A stretch of DNA of 64,000 nt from the human T2T-CHM13v2.0 reference genome, Homo sapiens, in NCBI RefSeq assembly GCF_009914755.1, contig NC_060927.1, one strand, 5' to 3'. The notes under the pieces were generated by a model that was not told where the DNA came from, searched no databases, and was given only the letters and a program-made list of their open reading frames with translations. Numbering within the stretch: the first letter of the stretch is position 1; every line of letters begins with the position of its first letter. Position numbers and translations under genes: made by a program. Below are positions 37,864 through 52,583 of this stretch, piece by piece.

Positions 37864-40135
37864 ATATTCATCCATGCTTCTCAACTCTCATTTTACAGCA
37901 GAATTTCCCATGGAATTTTCAAGAAACACATTTGTCCAGGTACAGCCCATAGAAATACCGTGGGCCCAACAGCTTATTTTCATTATGCTTTTCTGGGCAA
38001 TTATGATGCCTGCTCAATGTGTGGAACTCCTGCTCTGTGTATTTCAGGAGATCCTGCAGTATATTAGCACTAAAATGTCTCTTTTTCTAATAGTAGTACA
38101 TCACATTGGTTTTATAAATACTTATAATACATGACATACTACAATGTGAAGGTGGTTTTGCATGTGTCATCACATGTGACACCCCATTAACTTACCAAGA
38201 GTCACAGGGAAAGACTTGTTATTATACCCAATTACAGTTTGAGTCAATAGGCACAAATGAATTATCAACTTTTTGACCTTGGAGGCCATCTCCAACTTTA
38301 TATTACATAATCCTTTTGCTTTATTAACAAGAAGTCTAAGGTCCAGAGAGATTCACTGACTTTTACAGGTTCACCCAGTTGGTAAATAAGGGCACTGGAC
38401 AAGAAAAACAAGAATTCAGCTCCCACAACTGATATGATGTGTTATTTGTAATACCTCACCCAGAATGTCTCCAGCCACCTTTCTTTGAAACCTGCACTTG
38501 CACTGTTAAACTGGGAAAAGATTAATAAGTACAATCGTATGATCACATGGGTAGTCACAACACTGTAATCTGAGAAATAATCATTATAGATGATAAAGAA
38601 AGAGGTAGAGGAGGAAGTACTATTTTTGTGCCCTTGATTATCACATTACAAAGACAGAAACTGCGACGACTATAAAAGATGATCAGAGGAAATGATATCC
38701 CAAATTTGAACCGTCTGAATTATGAAAAAAATACAATGTTTAACTAGAATGTTCCCTAAACATGTCACACTTTGAATAAAAGGAGCAGAAGGACTGTATA
38801 GAAGACTGGCAACAAAGACATACAGGAAATGTAAGATTCACTATTTAGGTATGAGTTTAGATTTTTTTGTATGGAAGTAGAGCATTCTCCCCACCCTTTC
38901 TCCTACTTCCAACTTCCTGCAAAAATCCTACACAGAGGCAAAATATATAAAATGTCTTAAAACCAAATTGTTAAGGCCCTGTCTCCTCCTACTGGGGCCC
39001 AAAGTACCTCCTCCCTCAAGGGGACGCAGGGCTCCCAGGACACCACCGGGAATCACTGTTTCACATTCATGAAATACGTAGTCAGTGATGATATCTACAT
39101 AACGTCAAGCGTCTAAGTGCTTGACTAAATTTTCCCATTATTTTCACTTTGCCAACTACATGGATAATAAAGAAAAAAATGAGAATTTTAAAGCTAAAAG
39201 ACTCCTACTGGCCAATTTTGAGTACTTCCTGAGGATGAGACACTTTCCACATAAGCCGGTTAGAGAGATCTCAGTGAGCCAGTGTCCCAACAGAACATGG
39301 AAAATGAAGCCCAGGGAGGTCATACAACCTGGTATATGGTACAACATCGCCCTGCAGGCTGGAAACAAGGCCAGGTCACACTGAGGTTTCCAGACTCCAC
39401 AGGGAGAGGAGGAAATCCTAGGGAGCAGATCCCCATCTGTGTTGATCTTCATGATTTTGCTCACATCCCTGTGCCTCCTGTACTATCATTCCGGTCTGTC
39501 TTCTTTACATCTGCTCAGTTCCTCCTTAAATTACTTTGACTTAAATGGAAACATTCTATCTTTACCATAAATGGAAAACCAGTATCACTTGCCACAGATA
39601 GACAGCTAACCCTGTTAACCTTGAAACAAAAGGATATTAAACTCTAGCCGGAAGGGATCCCTGCCTGAGGCTCTGAGCCTGGGGCCTGCCCACGCTTTGT
39701 TATAAGGAAGATTAGCAAATACTAGAAAGGTGAGAAAGCTTCCCCCTGGCTAATGAGAAGGGTTGAAAGAAATGAAAGGGAATAACTTCCCAAGCTTGCC
39801 AGAAACACCAAGGTAGGGCAGTTTTTTTAACCCTGCTTTGAGGTCTAGAATCCTCTGTTGAAATGAAATCTTATTAACAATAGAAGCAATAATGATGATG
39901 CTGATAAGAAACAGCTGGTTGTATTAGGATACACCAGGCATTCAAATACAAGTAAACTCAGTACTTAGAAGTATTAACTCATTTACTCCTCATTAACAAA
40001 CTTGTGAGACACAGAAAGGTCAAGTAATGGGCCCCAAATCTCTCTGCTAGTAACAGCCAAAACCCTGGTCCTGTAACCCCAGAGTCCCTGTTTTTAATGA
40101 CCACCCAGACTGCCCCTCAAGATTCCAGTTACTAA

Positions 40136-40423
40136 GGCCGGGCGCGATGGCTCACGCCTGTAATCCCAGAACTTTGGGAGGCTGAGGCTGGAATCATGAG
40201 GTCAGGAGATGGAGACCATCCTGGCTAACATGGTGAAACCCTGTCTCTACTAAAAATACAAAAAAATTAGCCGGGCGTGGTGGCGGGTGCCTATAGTCCC
40301 AGCTGCTCGGGATGCTGAGGCAGAAGAATGGCCTGAACCCAGGAGGCGGAGCTTGCAGTGAGCCAAGATCGCCAAGCCTGGGTGACAGAGCGAGACTCCA
40401 TCAGAAAAAAAAAAAAAAAAAAA
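40136..40423 (+). mobile_element. AluY with about 12-bp right-arm deletion
   Basis: Y diagnostics gagaccatcctggctaac, gaatggc.tgaaccc, ggagcttgcagtgag; TSD core ATTCCAGTTACTA (40122-40134, 40426-40438). Confidence 0.92.
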
Positions 40424-41906
40424 GAATTCCAGTTACTAGCAACTGACAATAGAGTTGTGGTTGAAAAGGGATTAAGGAGCTGAAGTGTTATGCTAAGCAT
40501 GGTTATGAACAAAAGGCAGAAAAAGAACAAATTCGTCCACTATATGGCTTGATTTGATTACTTGAAAATTATTCATTTTTTTTACTCTTTAGCTCTTTGC
40601 TTCCTTTAAGGTAATCACTTTTAACCCTCTTCTCATATTACTTGGCTGATGATATACCTTGGTATACTGTTTTCTTTATTTGAACAAATATGGTTACTGT
40701 GCCAGTACCTTCAACAGATTCAAATCTTTTTAAGGGTAAAAAGGCTTTTCTATTTTTCTTAGACTACAAATAATGACTAAAGTAATTCAATGATAATGAG
40801 CATTCTAGATATTTCTGAAGGTTTCTGAAGGTCACACAAAGGTGACTGTTTCTACTGTGCTAATATATCCCTGGAATTTTCATTCTTAATATTTTCCAAA
40901 GAGCAGGTCAACACTTCACAGCAAAAAAACAGAGTGAAAGAGAAAACAATTTTTTTTCATATTATTCATATATGTTTTTAATAGATGATTAAAGAAGAAA
41001 AACATACCCTGGAAATGTAGAAATATGAAGCCATGCTACATATTTTTATAATTATGTTTTATTGCGTTCTGTTAACTGGCCAGAGGGTTTTTAAAATGTC
41101 AAAAGATTCCAAATTAAATTACCATTATTAAGCCCCTTAAGCCTCATATTGAGTTTAGACTGTCACTAAAAACTTTTGATAAATTAAATAATATGCAGTA
41201 TGAGTATTAGAGTTTGAAATGTTTAAAAGTTTCTTTACACATCTGTCAGCATAACCTAAGACATAAAATGGCTTACATACATTTTTTTCAATGATAGTGT
41301 TTTGTTTTCAATTTGTTTTTTAGAAATGTAATTAATGAAAGCTACAGAGCAATAATCTAGCATCTAGAAATGCCTTCAGAGTTGGGTTTTTAAACTCTTC
41401 TCTAAATTTATTCTGTTGCTAAAAATACATTCATTACATTTTTAATCTAACAGGTTTTAGTGAATAAAACAATGATGTAGATATAAAGCTAAATTTCTAC
41501 AGTACAAGACATTTCAAACATCATAAACCAAGGCAAGAGAGGATTTACAATACAGAGTCAAACTACAATGGACACTTCAGAATAAAATTCAGTCAGTGTC
41601 CTCTGCCCTGCCAGCAGGGCATTTACTGTAGTGGAGAGGACCAGGAAGGAGATTCGCTTTATAGGATAATCATGTTATGTTATGCTTTTATTGAATGCAC
41701 TTACATTTTGGACTACACAATTGTTCTTGAAATGTTTCCAAATGTGTGTAATCATGACCGACGTGATGGCAGGGATCTACTTAATTTCCGCATTCAAAGG
41801 GGAACATGATGCAAATACTATCAAGCGAGGGCACTTCCTGTCATATAACACAGAAGAGATAAGAACTTGACCATGAGCTGGCAATAAATTCATCAACATC
41901 CTAAAC

Positions 41907-42451
41907 CAGCAGTCAGTCCCCAACCTTTCTGGTACCAGAAACTGGTTTCATGGAAGACAATTTTTCCACAGATGGGGGTGGAGTGGGGCTGGCAGGGGGG
42001 TGGTGATGGTTTCAGGATGATTCAAGTGCATTACATTTATTGTGCATTTTATTTATATTATTATTACATTGTAATATATAATGAAATAATTCTACAACTC
42101 ACCATAATGTAGAATCAATGGGAGTCCTGAGCTTGTATTCTTGTGACTAGCTGGTCCCATCTGGGGGTGATGGGAGACAGTGACAGATCATCAGGCATTA
42201 GGTTCTCATAAGGAGCGGGCAACCTAGATCCCTCCCATGTGCAATTCACAATAGGGTTCACATTCCTATGAGAATCTAATCCTGCCGCTAATCTCACAGG
42301 AGGCAGAGCTCAGGCAGTAATGGAGTGATGGGGGAGCGGCTGTAAAGACAGATGAAGCTTTGCTCAATTGCCCACTGCTCACTTGTTGCTGTGTGGCCAG
42401 GTTCCTAACAGGCCATGGACTGGTCCATGACGCAGGGGCTGGGGACCCCTG
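41907..42451. mobile_element. MER1A hAT-Charlie, full length
   Basis: gtccccaacctttt...ggggacccctg termini; perfect 8-bp TSD TCCTAAAC (41899-41906, 42452-42459). Confidence 0.92.
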
Positions 42452-42869
42452 TCCTAAACCACGTTTGCTTCTGCCCCCTCACCCTTTCCCAGAGTGAATG
42501 GTAATTACTGTGTACGATATTTTAAAAATGGACGATGTCCCCTTAACAGTATTTTCTGCCTGAGTCCAGAGCTACTAGTAGTAGTGACTGCTGACTAAAG
42601 GATGAAGCTGGAGTAAAACATTTCCTGTGCTGTGACCCACATCTCCCCATTGCTGAAGAAGAGAAATGTAAAAATGCTTTCTGGAAGAAGAATTTCACAA
42701 GGTTATGTTTTCCCTCAGCTTTCCATGATCACAGTAATCGAAAAATAACACTCTTAGTTTACAGATTTCAATTTGGCAGTATCTGGCAATGTTAATTATA
42801 TAAATGAGAAGAGAGAGATAAGAGGTGGGAAACAGGAAGTGAATGCCAGGAAAATGAGGATCCAGGTCT

Positions 42870-43440
42870 CCTCCTCATGGAGGTCGTCCCCAGGCTTCCT
42901 GCACCAGTGACAGCACCTGCCAACCACAACATTTCCTAGGCTTCTTCCCTGATTTATTTTCTCCCTAGAGCTTACCCCTCTATAACACAGTCTATGTTTC
43001 ATATTCCATCTTCTTCATCACCTTCTTTATCCCCCACAACAAAATGTGCTCCACCAGGGAAGGGGTTTGAAGTTGTTTTGTTCACTGCTGTGTCCCCAGG
43101 ACTGGATGACAGAGGATGCCCACCTTATTTACCAATATATTCCCAGCATCTAGTCCAAGGGTCTGTCACCCTTTTCAGTAAAGTGTCAGAGAGTAGCTAT
43201 TTTAGGCTTTGCAAGCCATACAATCTCTGCTGTGCAGCTACTTAGCTCTGACACCGTAGAGCAAAAACAGCCATAGCCAATAAATATATAAATAAACGGG
43301 CATGGCTATGTTCTAACAAAACATTATTTACAAAAATAGCCAGAGGACCAGATGTGGCCCAGAGCTATAGTTGCCAACTCCATTGTAGACCATGTCTTGC
43401 ATATGGTGTGTGCTAAATATTTAATATTATGAATGAATGT
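42870..43440 (+). mobile_element. L2 3' end interrupted by MER58A
   Basis: ttttgttcactgctgtgtcccca; ends aaatatttaatattatgaatgaatg. Confidence 0.65.
43157..43382. mobile_element. MER58A
   Basis: tattttaggctttgcaagccata...gggcatggctatgttc...tagttgccaac. Confidence 0.85.
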
Positions 43441-43619
43441 GATAACTCCAAACCAGCCAACCCTCCTATTTATCATTCCAGAACAAAGAAGACTCTCATA
43501 AAAGACAACCACTACCAGATGTTTTAAGGTAACAGGTATTAAAAGCAGAATGGGTAAGTAAAACATAGAGTTTGTCCTCAGTGACTGGAGATGGTCTCTG
43601 CTGTCCTGACTAAATGACC

Positions 43620-44095
43620 TATATTAGGGTCCCAGTGGGAACCTAATTCAATTCAGATGGTTCAAATGAAGAGACTCTAATAAAAGGCTTATTAATGGAG
43701 GGGCTGGCAGGGGAAGGAAACAAGAAGGGAGGTGGAGGCACTCAGACAAGAGCAAGAGCAGGAGGTCATGGCATCCCTCAAAGGGCAAGGGGAGGCCACA
43801 GTGATCCCAGAGCCCTGTGAGAGCTAAAACATGGAGGAAGGACTATCAATGTCAAATGTAATGCTCACTCAATCAGGGAAGAAGCAAGAAAGAGAACCCC
43901 AACTTCCTTCTGCTCCAGTCCTCTGATTTTCAGCCTAGCCACCATGCTTGTCAATCCCAGATCCAATCCAACTGTAAGGGAGCACAGGCAATGTAGTCTA
44001 TTGGAAAGTGAAGGGCAGGCACTGAACACAGAGTAAGGCAGGAATGAGCAGAGACAGGGATCTAGATGAGAGTGGCAGACTGAGCAACTAACACA
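43620..44095 (-). mobile_element. LTR33-like ERVL LTR
   Basis: ttcagatggttcaaatgaagaga...aagggagcacaggcaatgtagtc. Confidence 0.6.
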
Positions 44096-44124
44096 TGGAT
44101 CAATTAAGATCAAAACAAAATCAT

Positions 44125-44480
44125 TGTATTAGTTCATTTTCATACTGCTATGAAGAAACACCTGAGAATGGGTACTTTATAAGAAAAAGAGGTTTAATGG
44201 ACTCACACTTCCACATGGCTGGAGAGGCCTTACAATCATGGAGGAAGGCGAAGGAAGAGTAAAGGCATGTCTGACATGACAGCAAGCAAGAGAGCGTGTG
44301 CTCGGGAACTGCCCTTTATAAAACCATTGGATCTTGTGAGACTTACTAACTAACAGGAGAACAGCATAGGAAAAACCTGCCCCCATGATTCAATTACCTC
44401 CCACCAGGTCCCTCTCACTACACCTGGGGATTATGGGAATTACAGGATAGATTTGGGGGGGACACAGCCAAACCATATCA
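44125..44480 (-). mobile_element. THE1C/D solo LTR
   Basis: tgtattagttcattttcatactgctatgaaga...gacacagccaaaccatatca; perfect TSD ATCAT (44120-44124, 44481-44485). Confidence 0.92.
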
Positions 44481-46429
44481 ATCATCCTACTGAGTACAGA
44501 AATGAAAACTTCAGATTCCATACACTTGACATAGATTACATAAAAGACCACCAATAATAAGATTGTGCCCCACCTGTATACAATGAGCTGTTCCAAGCCA
44601 AAAATGTGTCTTGATTAATGCTGTGGTCTTTACCAGGAGCAGTTTTCCCACCCAGGTCACAGTCTTCACAAATTGGAAGCAGCATTACCTCTAGAGTAAG
44701 CAATAAATGAAAATGGTGCCTTTAATTTCAAATTATAAGGTAACACACTGATGGATAACCATAGCATGATTAGTCGATTCAGGACCTCAATACACAATAG
44801 AAGAATCCATCCATTATCTGCTCAAAGTAATTCTTTCATCCCAGCAACTTTAACAACAACCCAGGAAAATTACTGTCCCTTAGCAAAGCCTTTTGAATTT
44901 CATATGGATTTAATTAGTTAACTGCCATCTCAAGGATGAGAACCATGACAAATAGTTGTTCTTTTCAAATTAGAAGAATAGACTGTTCAATGAGCAATAT
45001 TGATGTTTCCCCTCACCTATTTATACAAGAGATTTTCTACTTTTTTTTTTCTAATTTAGCTAACCATTTTAACATTTATCGAAGCTTTTGTGATCACTGT
45101 TCTCTAGCTGAGTGTTCTAGCCATTAGCCATTAGCTTTTAAAAACAGCTGAAAGCAGCCTCCCTGTGTACAGAAAATACCGTGTTCCTCACTAGGGACCC
45201 CTGGCAATCTGAACCACTACTAGAGGATTCTAACAAGACATTCTTTACCAGTGGACAGAAAAGCAAATAGAGAATATTGTTCAATGAACAATGCAACTAC
45301 TAATCATAACAGTGCTGTATCTTAACCTGTAGTCATGAACCTAACCCAGCTGCTTGAGGCAAGCAGACCCCTCTTTCTTTTTAACTGTGGAACAATCTAT
45401 AGCATGGGAAATGGGTTAAGATTTGGAAAAGAAGTTAGGTGAGTAACTAGCAGCAGAAAGCCAAGCACCGTAAGACTCTACCTATTCCATCTGCATTCCT
45501 GCCTTTTCTCAAAAAGATCTCAAAGCAGAAAGAAGCAATCAGAACAAAGCCAGTCAGCTCTGGTAGCTTGCTCTTACCTCTATTCTAGCTACATGTCACC
45601 TCCTGTGAGACCCTCTGCCCCTCCAGACAGTTTAAGAAACTTCTCAGAAGACTAGACACACACTTTGTGGCTACTAGTGAACAATTTATATGTGTGTTTA
45701 TATTTCTACAGAACTTTGAAAAATACTTGCATCTATATGGTAAGTAAATGCTCCTGATGTAGAAAAAAGACAAACAGGAAAGACAAAACCATTTTATTTG
45801 GTATCATCACATTAAAAATTAATTGCCCCATATGTTCAAATAATAACTTATAGCCGATTGTGGTAATCCAACATATTGGATGTTGGCTTTCATGATCTCA
45901 CCAATACATTTAGCAAATGGCTGTGGAATCTGGCAATAAAATATTTCCAGTCTCTAAGTCTTCTTGATAATTCACTCTGTGTTTTACAAACAACTGGGCT
46001 CCCGGGATTCTAAGCACATCACTCAGACTGACAGAGCAAGTATTCCAGACAATTGGTTCCTGGAGGGTCAAGACAGCAATGCTCGATCAGGATTCAAACG
46101 GGTCATAAACCCTTCATGGATCTCTCTCAAGTGGGTGGTGATGTCTCCCTAGGGCTGCTCATCATTTGCTGCTACAGTCAAGCACTTGTCATTATAGACA
46201 AACACCCCATCAGTCTTAGGTCCTCATCCAGCAGAGTCTTACTGCCACCGGTGGAGACAACCACCGGTATAAAGAAATCCAAACAAAAATTCGGCATGTG
46301 TGCCCATCCAGGCATGACTGTTCACTGTGCATTTCACTTCTACGTCTGCACTTTCAGCATGGCCACGAAACTCAGCACCTGTTTATCTGCCATGATTTCA
46401 GGCATCCAGATTGTTCTGGAACCATATAT

Positions 46430-46600
46430 ATCAAAAGCTCTAAAACACCAAACCCGTTTCTAGAAATTTATCCTAAGGAAATAATTGGACAAATGCCTAA
46501 AAGATGTATGTACAAGGTTGTTCCCTGCTGTGTTCTTTACAGAAGTGAAAGACTGGAAATGCATCAATCTCAGTTTGGTTGTCTACAGAACGGGATTGCA
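46430..46600 (+). mobile_element. L1ME fragment
   Basis: ttctagaaatttatcctaaggaaataatt...gatgtatgtacaagg. Confidence 0.6.
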
Positions 46601-46779
46601 AAATCTGATTTACACGTGTTACAATTACATCTTGTCACCTAATGCCAGGAGCAGACTATATATGGCTTTAAGCTAAAGGAACATCAAAGTCATGAGTGCC
46701 TTGGAAAACAGAGACAGGAGTGTGCATATTTTAAAGCAGAAGCTCCCAACCACAGTCTTGTTCACATCCCTCAGTTCTT

Positions 46780-47280
46780 TGAAAGGCAGCCAGACCTCCA
46801 TTTCTAAGGGACAAATGTGACCACAACCTCTCCCTTTTCAAGATTCTTCCAAGGCTTCCTCCTGTCACCAGAATCCCCTGCATATCTTAGCGTGGAGTTG
46901 AAGGTCTTGTGCAATCTTAAGTCCAACTCACCTACTGCCACTTTTCTCCTCACCTACACTATGCTCTAGACACTCTGGATTTCATGAAGTACCCTTACCT
47001 CCAGGCCTGTGTACATGATGTTCATCCATTCTGCCTGGAATGCCTTTCTTTACTCATCCATCAGCTTAGCTAGCCTCCTAGTTTCTTGCACCTCTCAGTG
47101 CCCTTTCCTGATTTTTTTTTCCATTCTTTCCATGGGTGGATATAGGTTCCCCTCTCCCCACATGTCCCTAAGTGCCAAGTTTCATGTTTCCTCTATACAT
47201 TATAACTGCCCTTTTCATATCTCTTTCCCATCAGACCTTAGTCACCTTGGGGTCAGGAACTTTGGCTTATTCATGTTTTA
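46780..47280 (+). mobile_element. L2 fragment
   Basis: ccaggcctgtgtacatgatgttc...tctgcctggaatgccttt. Confidence 0.55.
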
Positions 47281-47395
47281 GATGACAAAGAACACAATTT
47301 TAGGCAATCTCTAACTCTGCCCTCATGCCTGCCCTAGGTTGGGAAGACTTGGTAGCTTCTTTGTCACTCCAATTCTTTAACATAGAAATATACTC

Positions 47396-47718
<323 letters not shown>

Positions 47719-47909
47719 CTACTGACACTCCAGGAAGCATGCCCTAAGATCTGTACCTCATGATTCTCCCACATTATTAAGGTACAATTGTCCTGAATGC
47801 ACTTGTCCTTCCTCACCATTTCTGTGTACCATGTACACAAAAATGAGGGGTGTATCCAACAAGGGAGCTGCAAACTAGAACAAGTGCCACTAGATTCTTT
47901 CATTAATGC

Positions 47910-48130
47910 TAATTAAATATCTATTCTATACTAGGTACTGTCCTTAGCTCTTTACATATATTAATTTATTTGGTATTCACAGCTACCCCAGAAGCAATGT
48001 CCTACTATTAACCTCATTTGAGATATCAGAAAATGGTATGAGAGAGGTTAAGAAAATTTTCTACTATCTCAAAACTCCTAAATGATAAAGCCAGAAGTTG
48101 AACCCAGGTAGCCTGGCTGCAGCATCTGTG
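47910..48130 (-). mobile_element. MIR
   Basis: ctaggtactg...ctttacatatatt...agagaggttaag...gttgaacccaggtagcctggct. Confidence 0.7.
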
Positions 48131-49494
48131 GCACTGCTGCCTTTCCAACCTACCCAAGATGACTGAGCCTCTGGCCTGATCAAGGAGGTATGCTTGGCTA
48201 TAGAGTATCTGCTCAGACACTAGAGTATCTACGATGGAGGAAAATTCGAGCAGACAGTATCATCACAGAAAGAAACTGATTATGAATGAAGAACGAGCTA
48301 GGTGTCAAATGGACATGCAGCAACAGAAATAGACAAACTAGCTGGATCATTCTTTTCCCCAGAGGGCTGTGGGATCTAGGAATGGGTGTTAACCATCACA
48401 CTACTTCTGAATCTCATATACACAGGTGGAACCTGTGGGAACCTCCAAAAGACTGATTTTCCCTCTTAATGCTATTATTCTGTCCCTAGATGTGAAAAGG
48501 CAACTATTTTGGGGAGAATCGTTTTCAACAATATGAGGCTTTATATAACCAGCTTCTACTCTTCTGAGCCATCCCTTCCTTGATTTCCCCCACCACTCCA
48601 TCCCTATCACAACCAAGAATTTGTTCTCCAGAAACAAAGATGACAGAAATCAAGTTAGGGACATAGAGATGCTATCACAGCCAACTCAGAGGAAGATTTT
48701 TGCCCTCCCTTATCTCAAAACCTGCATTGGCCGACATTGTGTCTGCTCCTAGACACCACTTAACGAAAGACTTTAAAAACTTTAGGAACAATTTATTTAA
48801 AGAAAACTCCATTTCCAGTATACTATGACTGTATTCCAAGGTAATAAAGTATAAATGAGAACAAGGAACAAGCTAATAAACTGAAATGAAGGCTGCATTT
48901 CAATAACAAGGTTTGGGAGCCATTTACCAGCCACGTGTATCTCACTCTCATGACTTATAACATTGGCTGAATTACTTAACAGAAATGAAAGCGCATATTG
49001 CTTCTGTTATCCAATGCTGAACAATGTGACATTTGCTTCAGAGCACTTGTATCTAATCGATACATAATGCTAAATGTGATTTAAAATCAATTTAATTGTG
49101 CTCTTGCTCTCCCATGAGTCAAGGGGGAAACAAAGGTATCATTTGAGATATGAAACCATTAGGCTATTTCCCAAAGAAATCATAGATCCCTTGCTTCTAA
49201 TGGAGCCCAAGAAGTAGATACAGTTAGTTTACACTAAAAACTCCACATGTGAAAAACAGTATTGCTGAAACAGTTAAGATACTGTGCCCTAAAAGGCATA
49301 TTTGAACTGTTTTTTTTTTGAATTACAAACCAATTGAACTTTTAAAAACTTCTTTATTTGTTGTGACCTTTCTACAAATTATAGCAAATTTAAAAAGAAA
49401 AAATATAATTAAGAAAAAAACATAATATTGCATGTCATATATATACTTACTTTCCTAGATTACATACTTTTAAAATATCTGTATTCCTACATAT

Positions 49495-49991
49495 TGAAAC
49501 CAACCCAATTGTCCCATAGAGCTAATGTGTATGATTTATTTTAATAAACATAGAAATTGATTCTCCCAGTCTTAAAACATGAGAAAGTTATGTTTGTCTT
49601 TTCTGAGTTCCTTTCTCAAGAAACCAACCGTCAGGCCTCCCAGATAGGATCAAGGAGCTGAAACTCACCAGATTACTGTATTTGGACAATGAGATGTCAG
49701 ATCCCTCACCCATCATGATTGCCTAACAGACCACCTGCTTCCTGTTGATCAACTTCTCTCCCTTACCCCTCCCTAATTCCTGTTTTCCTACACATGGTTA
49801 CATTTCTTCTCTGCTACATAAACCCCTCATTTTAGTCAGTGAGAGAGATGGGTTTGACACTGACTTCCCATCTCCTCAGTTACAGCATGTGATTAAAGCC
49901 TTCTTCCTTGGCAATACTTGTTGTCTCAGTGACTGGCTTTCTATGAAACAAATGGAAGGACCTAGACTGAACCCCTGGTGTTTCAGTAACC
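49495..49991 (+). mobile_element. LOR1-type ERV1 solo LTR
   Basis: tgaaaccaacccaattgtcccataga...gaacccctggtgtttcagtaac; TSD ATAT/ATGT. Confidence 0.82.
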
Positions 49992-50336
49992 ATGTAATAT
50001 TTTCTATTATATTGTTTCTCTGAAAATAATTGTATAGTTATATGCTGAGCCAATCCTGAGTGTGTACAAAGATTTGGACTTGGAGTCACTTCTAGCATCC
50101 ATCTGCCTGACCAACAGTTACTGAGTCCCCAGTTGGCACAAGGTTGTATTACTTATACTCAAGGAAATGAGGCTCAGACCAATTTTAAAGGAGCAAATTC
50201 AGGACTCAACTAATAATACAAGAGTCTCTAGACTTTACTTTATATGAGGATGTTTAAACAATCCAAAACAGTCAGTAAGTTCCACCTGAATTGCAGTACT
50301 TGGGTTGAGTGTCTCACTTTTAAAAACTGATGTATT

Positions 50337-50654
<318 letters not shown>

Positions 50655-51399
50655 CTATATATTGATTAAACGAACTATCTGTGATTAATGTACAGCCTGT
50701 GTGTATTTTTTTTCTACCTGCATTCAAGAAATTGTATGGCTATAGTATATAAGAAACAGAATCTTTTTAAATTATTTTCCTAACAACAACTGAAAATAGT
50801 CCCATACAATGTACCCAACAAAACTTCCTTTTTCAAAATTTGCTTTAAATGGACAAAATTATGTAATAGTGAAGTAAACTTTTATTAAAAAGACCAAATT
50901 ACTAGTTGAAGTTAATTGGGATAGGGTTGTTTTATAACACTATAACAAGGACATTCACACAAGATAATCTCTGATTTGTAAAGGAAAAAATAAAGTAGTT
51001 CACAGGAAAATAGTCAATTTTATGGCTCTTGTGTTTAAATAGAGGGAAGAATGTCAAAATTCCTATAAACTTAAAATTTAAAATATCTTCAGAAGTTGCC
51101 ACAACTTAAAAAAAACTTGAATTGCACCAAAAATATCTAGAAAAATTTTAAGCAGTAAGTATATTCTTATAAACATCCCCACATTATTGTACCTTGTCTT
51201 CCCCCTTGACCAAGGTTTTAGACTAAATTCAGTTGACAACAGGTAACATAGCTGATAAACTGAAGATCTCTGCTTGGCATTTGATAGTTCATCATTTACA
51301 TGGGCAAACAACCCACATAAATTCAAACACTATGATTCAAACATACAGATTCAAACACTATGCCAGGAATGAGCATCTACAGTGTATGCGGTTCAGGAG

Positions 51400-51668
51400 G
51401 GTAACCAATCACCACACATCATCATTGGGTACTTGATACAGGGTTAGCCCAAATCGGGTGCTGTGTTAGATATGTCCTGGATTTCAAAGACTCAGCACAC
51501 ACACACACAAAAAAGTAACACAAAAACCTCTTGTTTTTATATTGACCACATTTTAAAATTTATTAGATATATTGGGTTGGATAAACTATATTAAATTAAT
51601 TATGCCTGTTTCTCTTTACTTAAATGTAAGAATTACTTTGGTGACCTACTTTCTATTAGACAGTGCTG
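51400..51668. mobile_element. MER33-like hAT fossil
   Basis: ggatttcaaagact...gatatattgggtt...tttctattagacagtgctg. Confidence 0.7.
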
Positions 51669-52402
51669 GTACAGAACTTAAAAAAAATGGTATGCTCCAA
51701 GTTACCACTAAGAAAAATTTTTAAAAATACATTAAATTACCAATTACATTTTTTTCTCAGATGAAACATGCATATGTTAACACAGAACATATTCTGACAG
51801 ATCTGACAGAAAACATGAAAAAGTGTGCTTTCTATCATAATGATTATTTTTCAGATAACAACAGCTGTTGGCCTGTACAAGCAAGAAGCTGTTTTTCCAC
51901 ATACTACCAAGTATTAGCATTCAATCATGAAAGAAAACTAATTCTCCATGGGCTCTCTCCACATGCTTTACATCAGCAGCAAGCTGTGCACTCCTATGTA
52001 ATCTGAAAAGCCGAACCAAGTTGGGGCTGCTTCTTGGCTCACTGCTTTGCCACTTCTCTCTAATATGGCAAATACAAAGCACTCACATTTTGCTGATTCA
52101 GAAGTAAATGAAACATTCAAGACCTGCACAAAAACCCTGACCAAAAGGAAGTCTCAGACAGGTGAGCGCCATTTTGGCTCTTCTTTAGTTACAAAGGAGA
52201 TTAAAAGTAATCAGTCTCTTGAATGCCTATGAAAAGAGTGGTTAAAAGTCAGCTGTTAAAGAATGGCTTTATTCTAGAACACTTGAACATAGCCCAAATT
52301 TTGGAACTTGAAAATAGTTTAAAGTTCCCTTATAAATTTCAAGATCTCATTTATCACATTTTGTGCTCAAGAATCACCTCAGCTGCCAAAATCTAAATAG
52401 AT

Positions 52403-52583
52403 CTGTGCTATCCAATATGGTAGCCACCAGCCACACATGGCTATTTAAATTAACAAAACTTTAGTTAATAAAAATTGGAAATTCAGGTCCTCATTGTCCA
52501 TGACCACATGTGGCTACTGGCATAGTAGACAGAACAGTGGAGAACATTTCCAGCACTGCAGAAAGTTCCGTTAGACAGCATTG
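52403..52583. mobile_element. MER3
   Basis: gtgctatccaatatggtagccaccagccaca...gcagaaagttccgttagacagcattg; 8-bp TSD AAATAGAT/AATTAGAT. Confidence 0.85.

Noticed and set aside
41609-41622. CTCF site (ccagcagggc)
   Set aside because: Lacks the full AGRKGGC core spacing
46053-46463. Longest ORF (136 aa) as a CDS or processed pseudogene
   Set aside because: TTG start, no protein similarity I recognise, no poly-A/TSD, runs into an L1ME fragment
51321-51362. CRISPR-like repeat-spacer array
   Set aside because: 9-bp shared core with 5-bp variable part in a primate genome; simple tandem repeat
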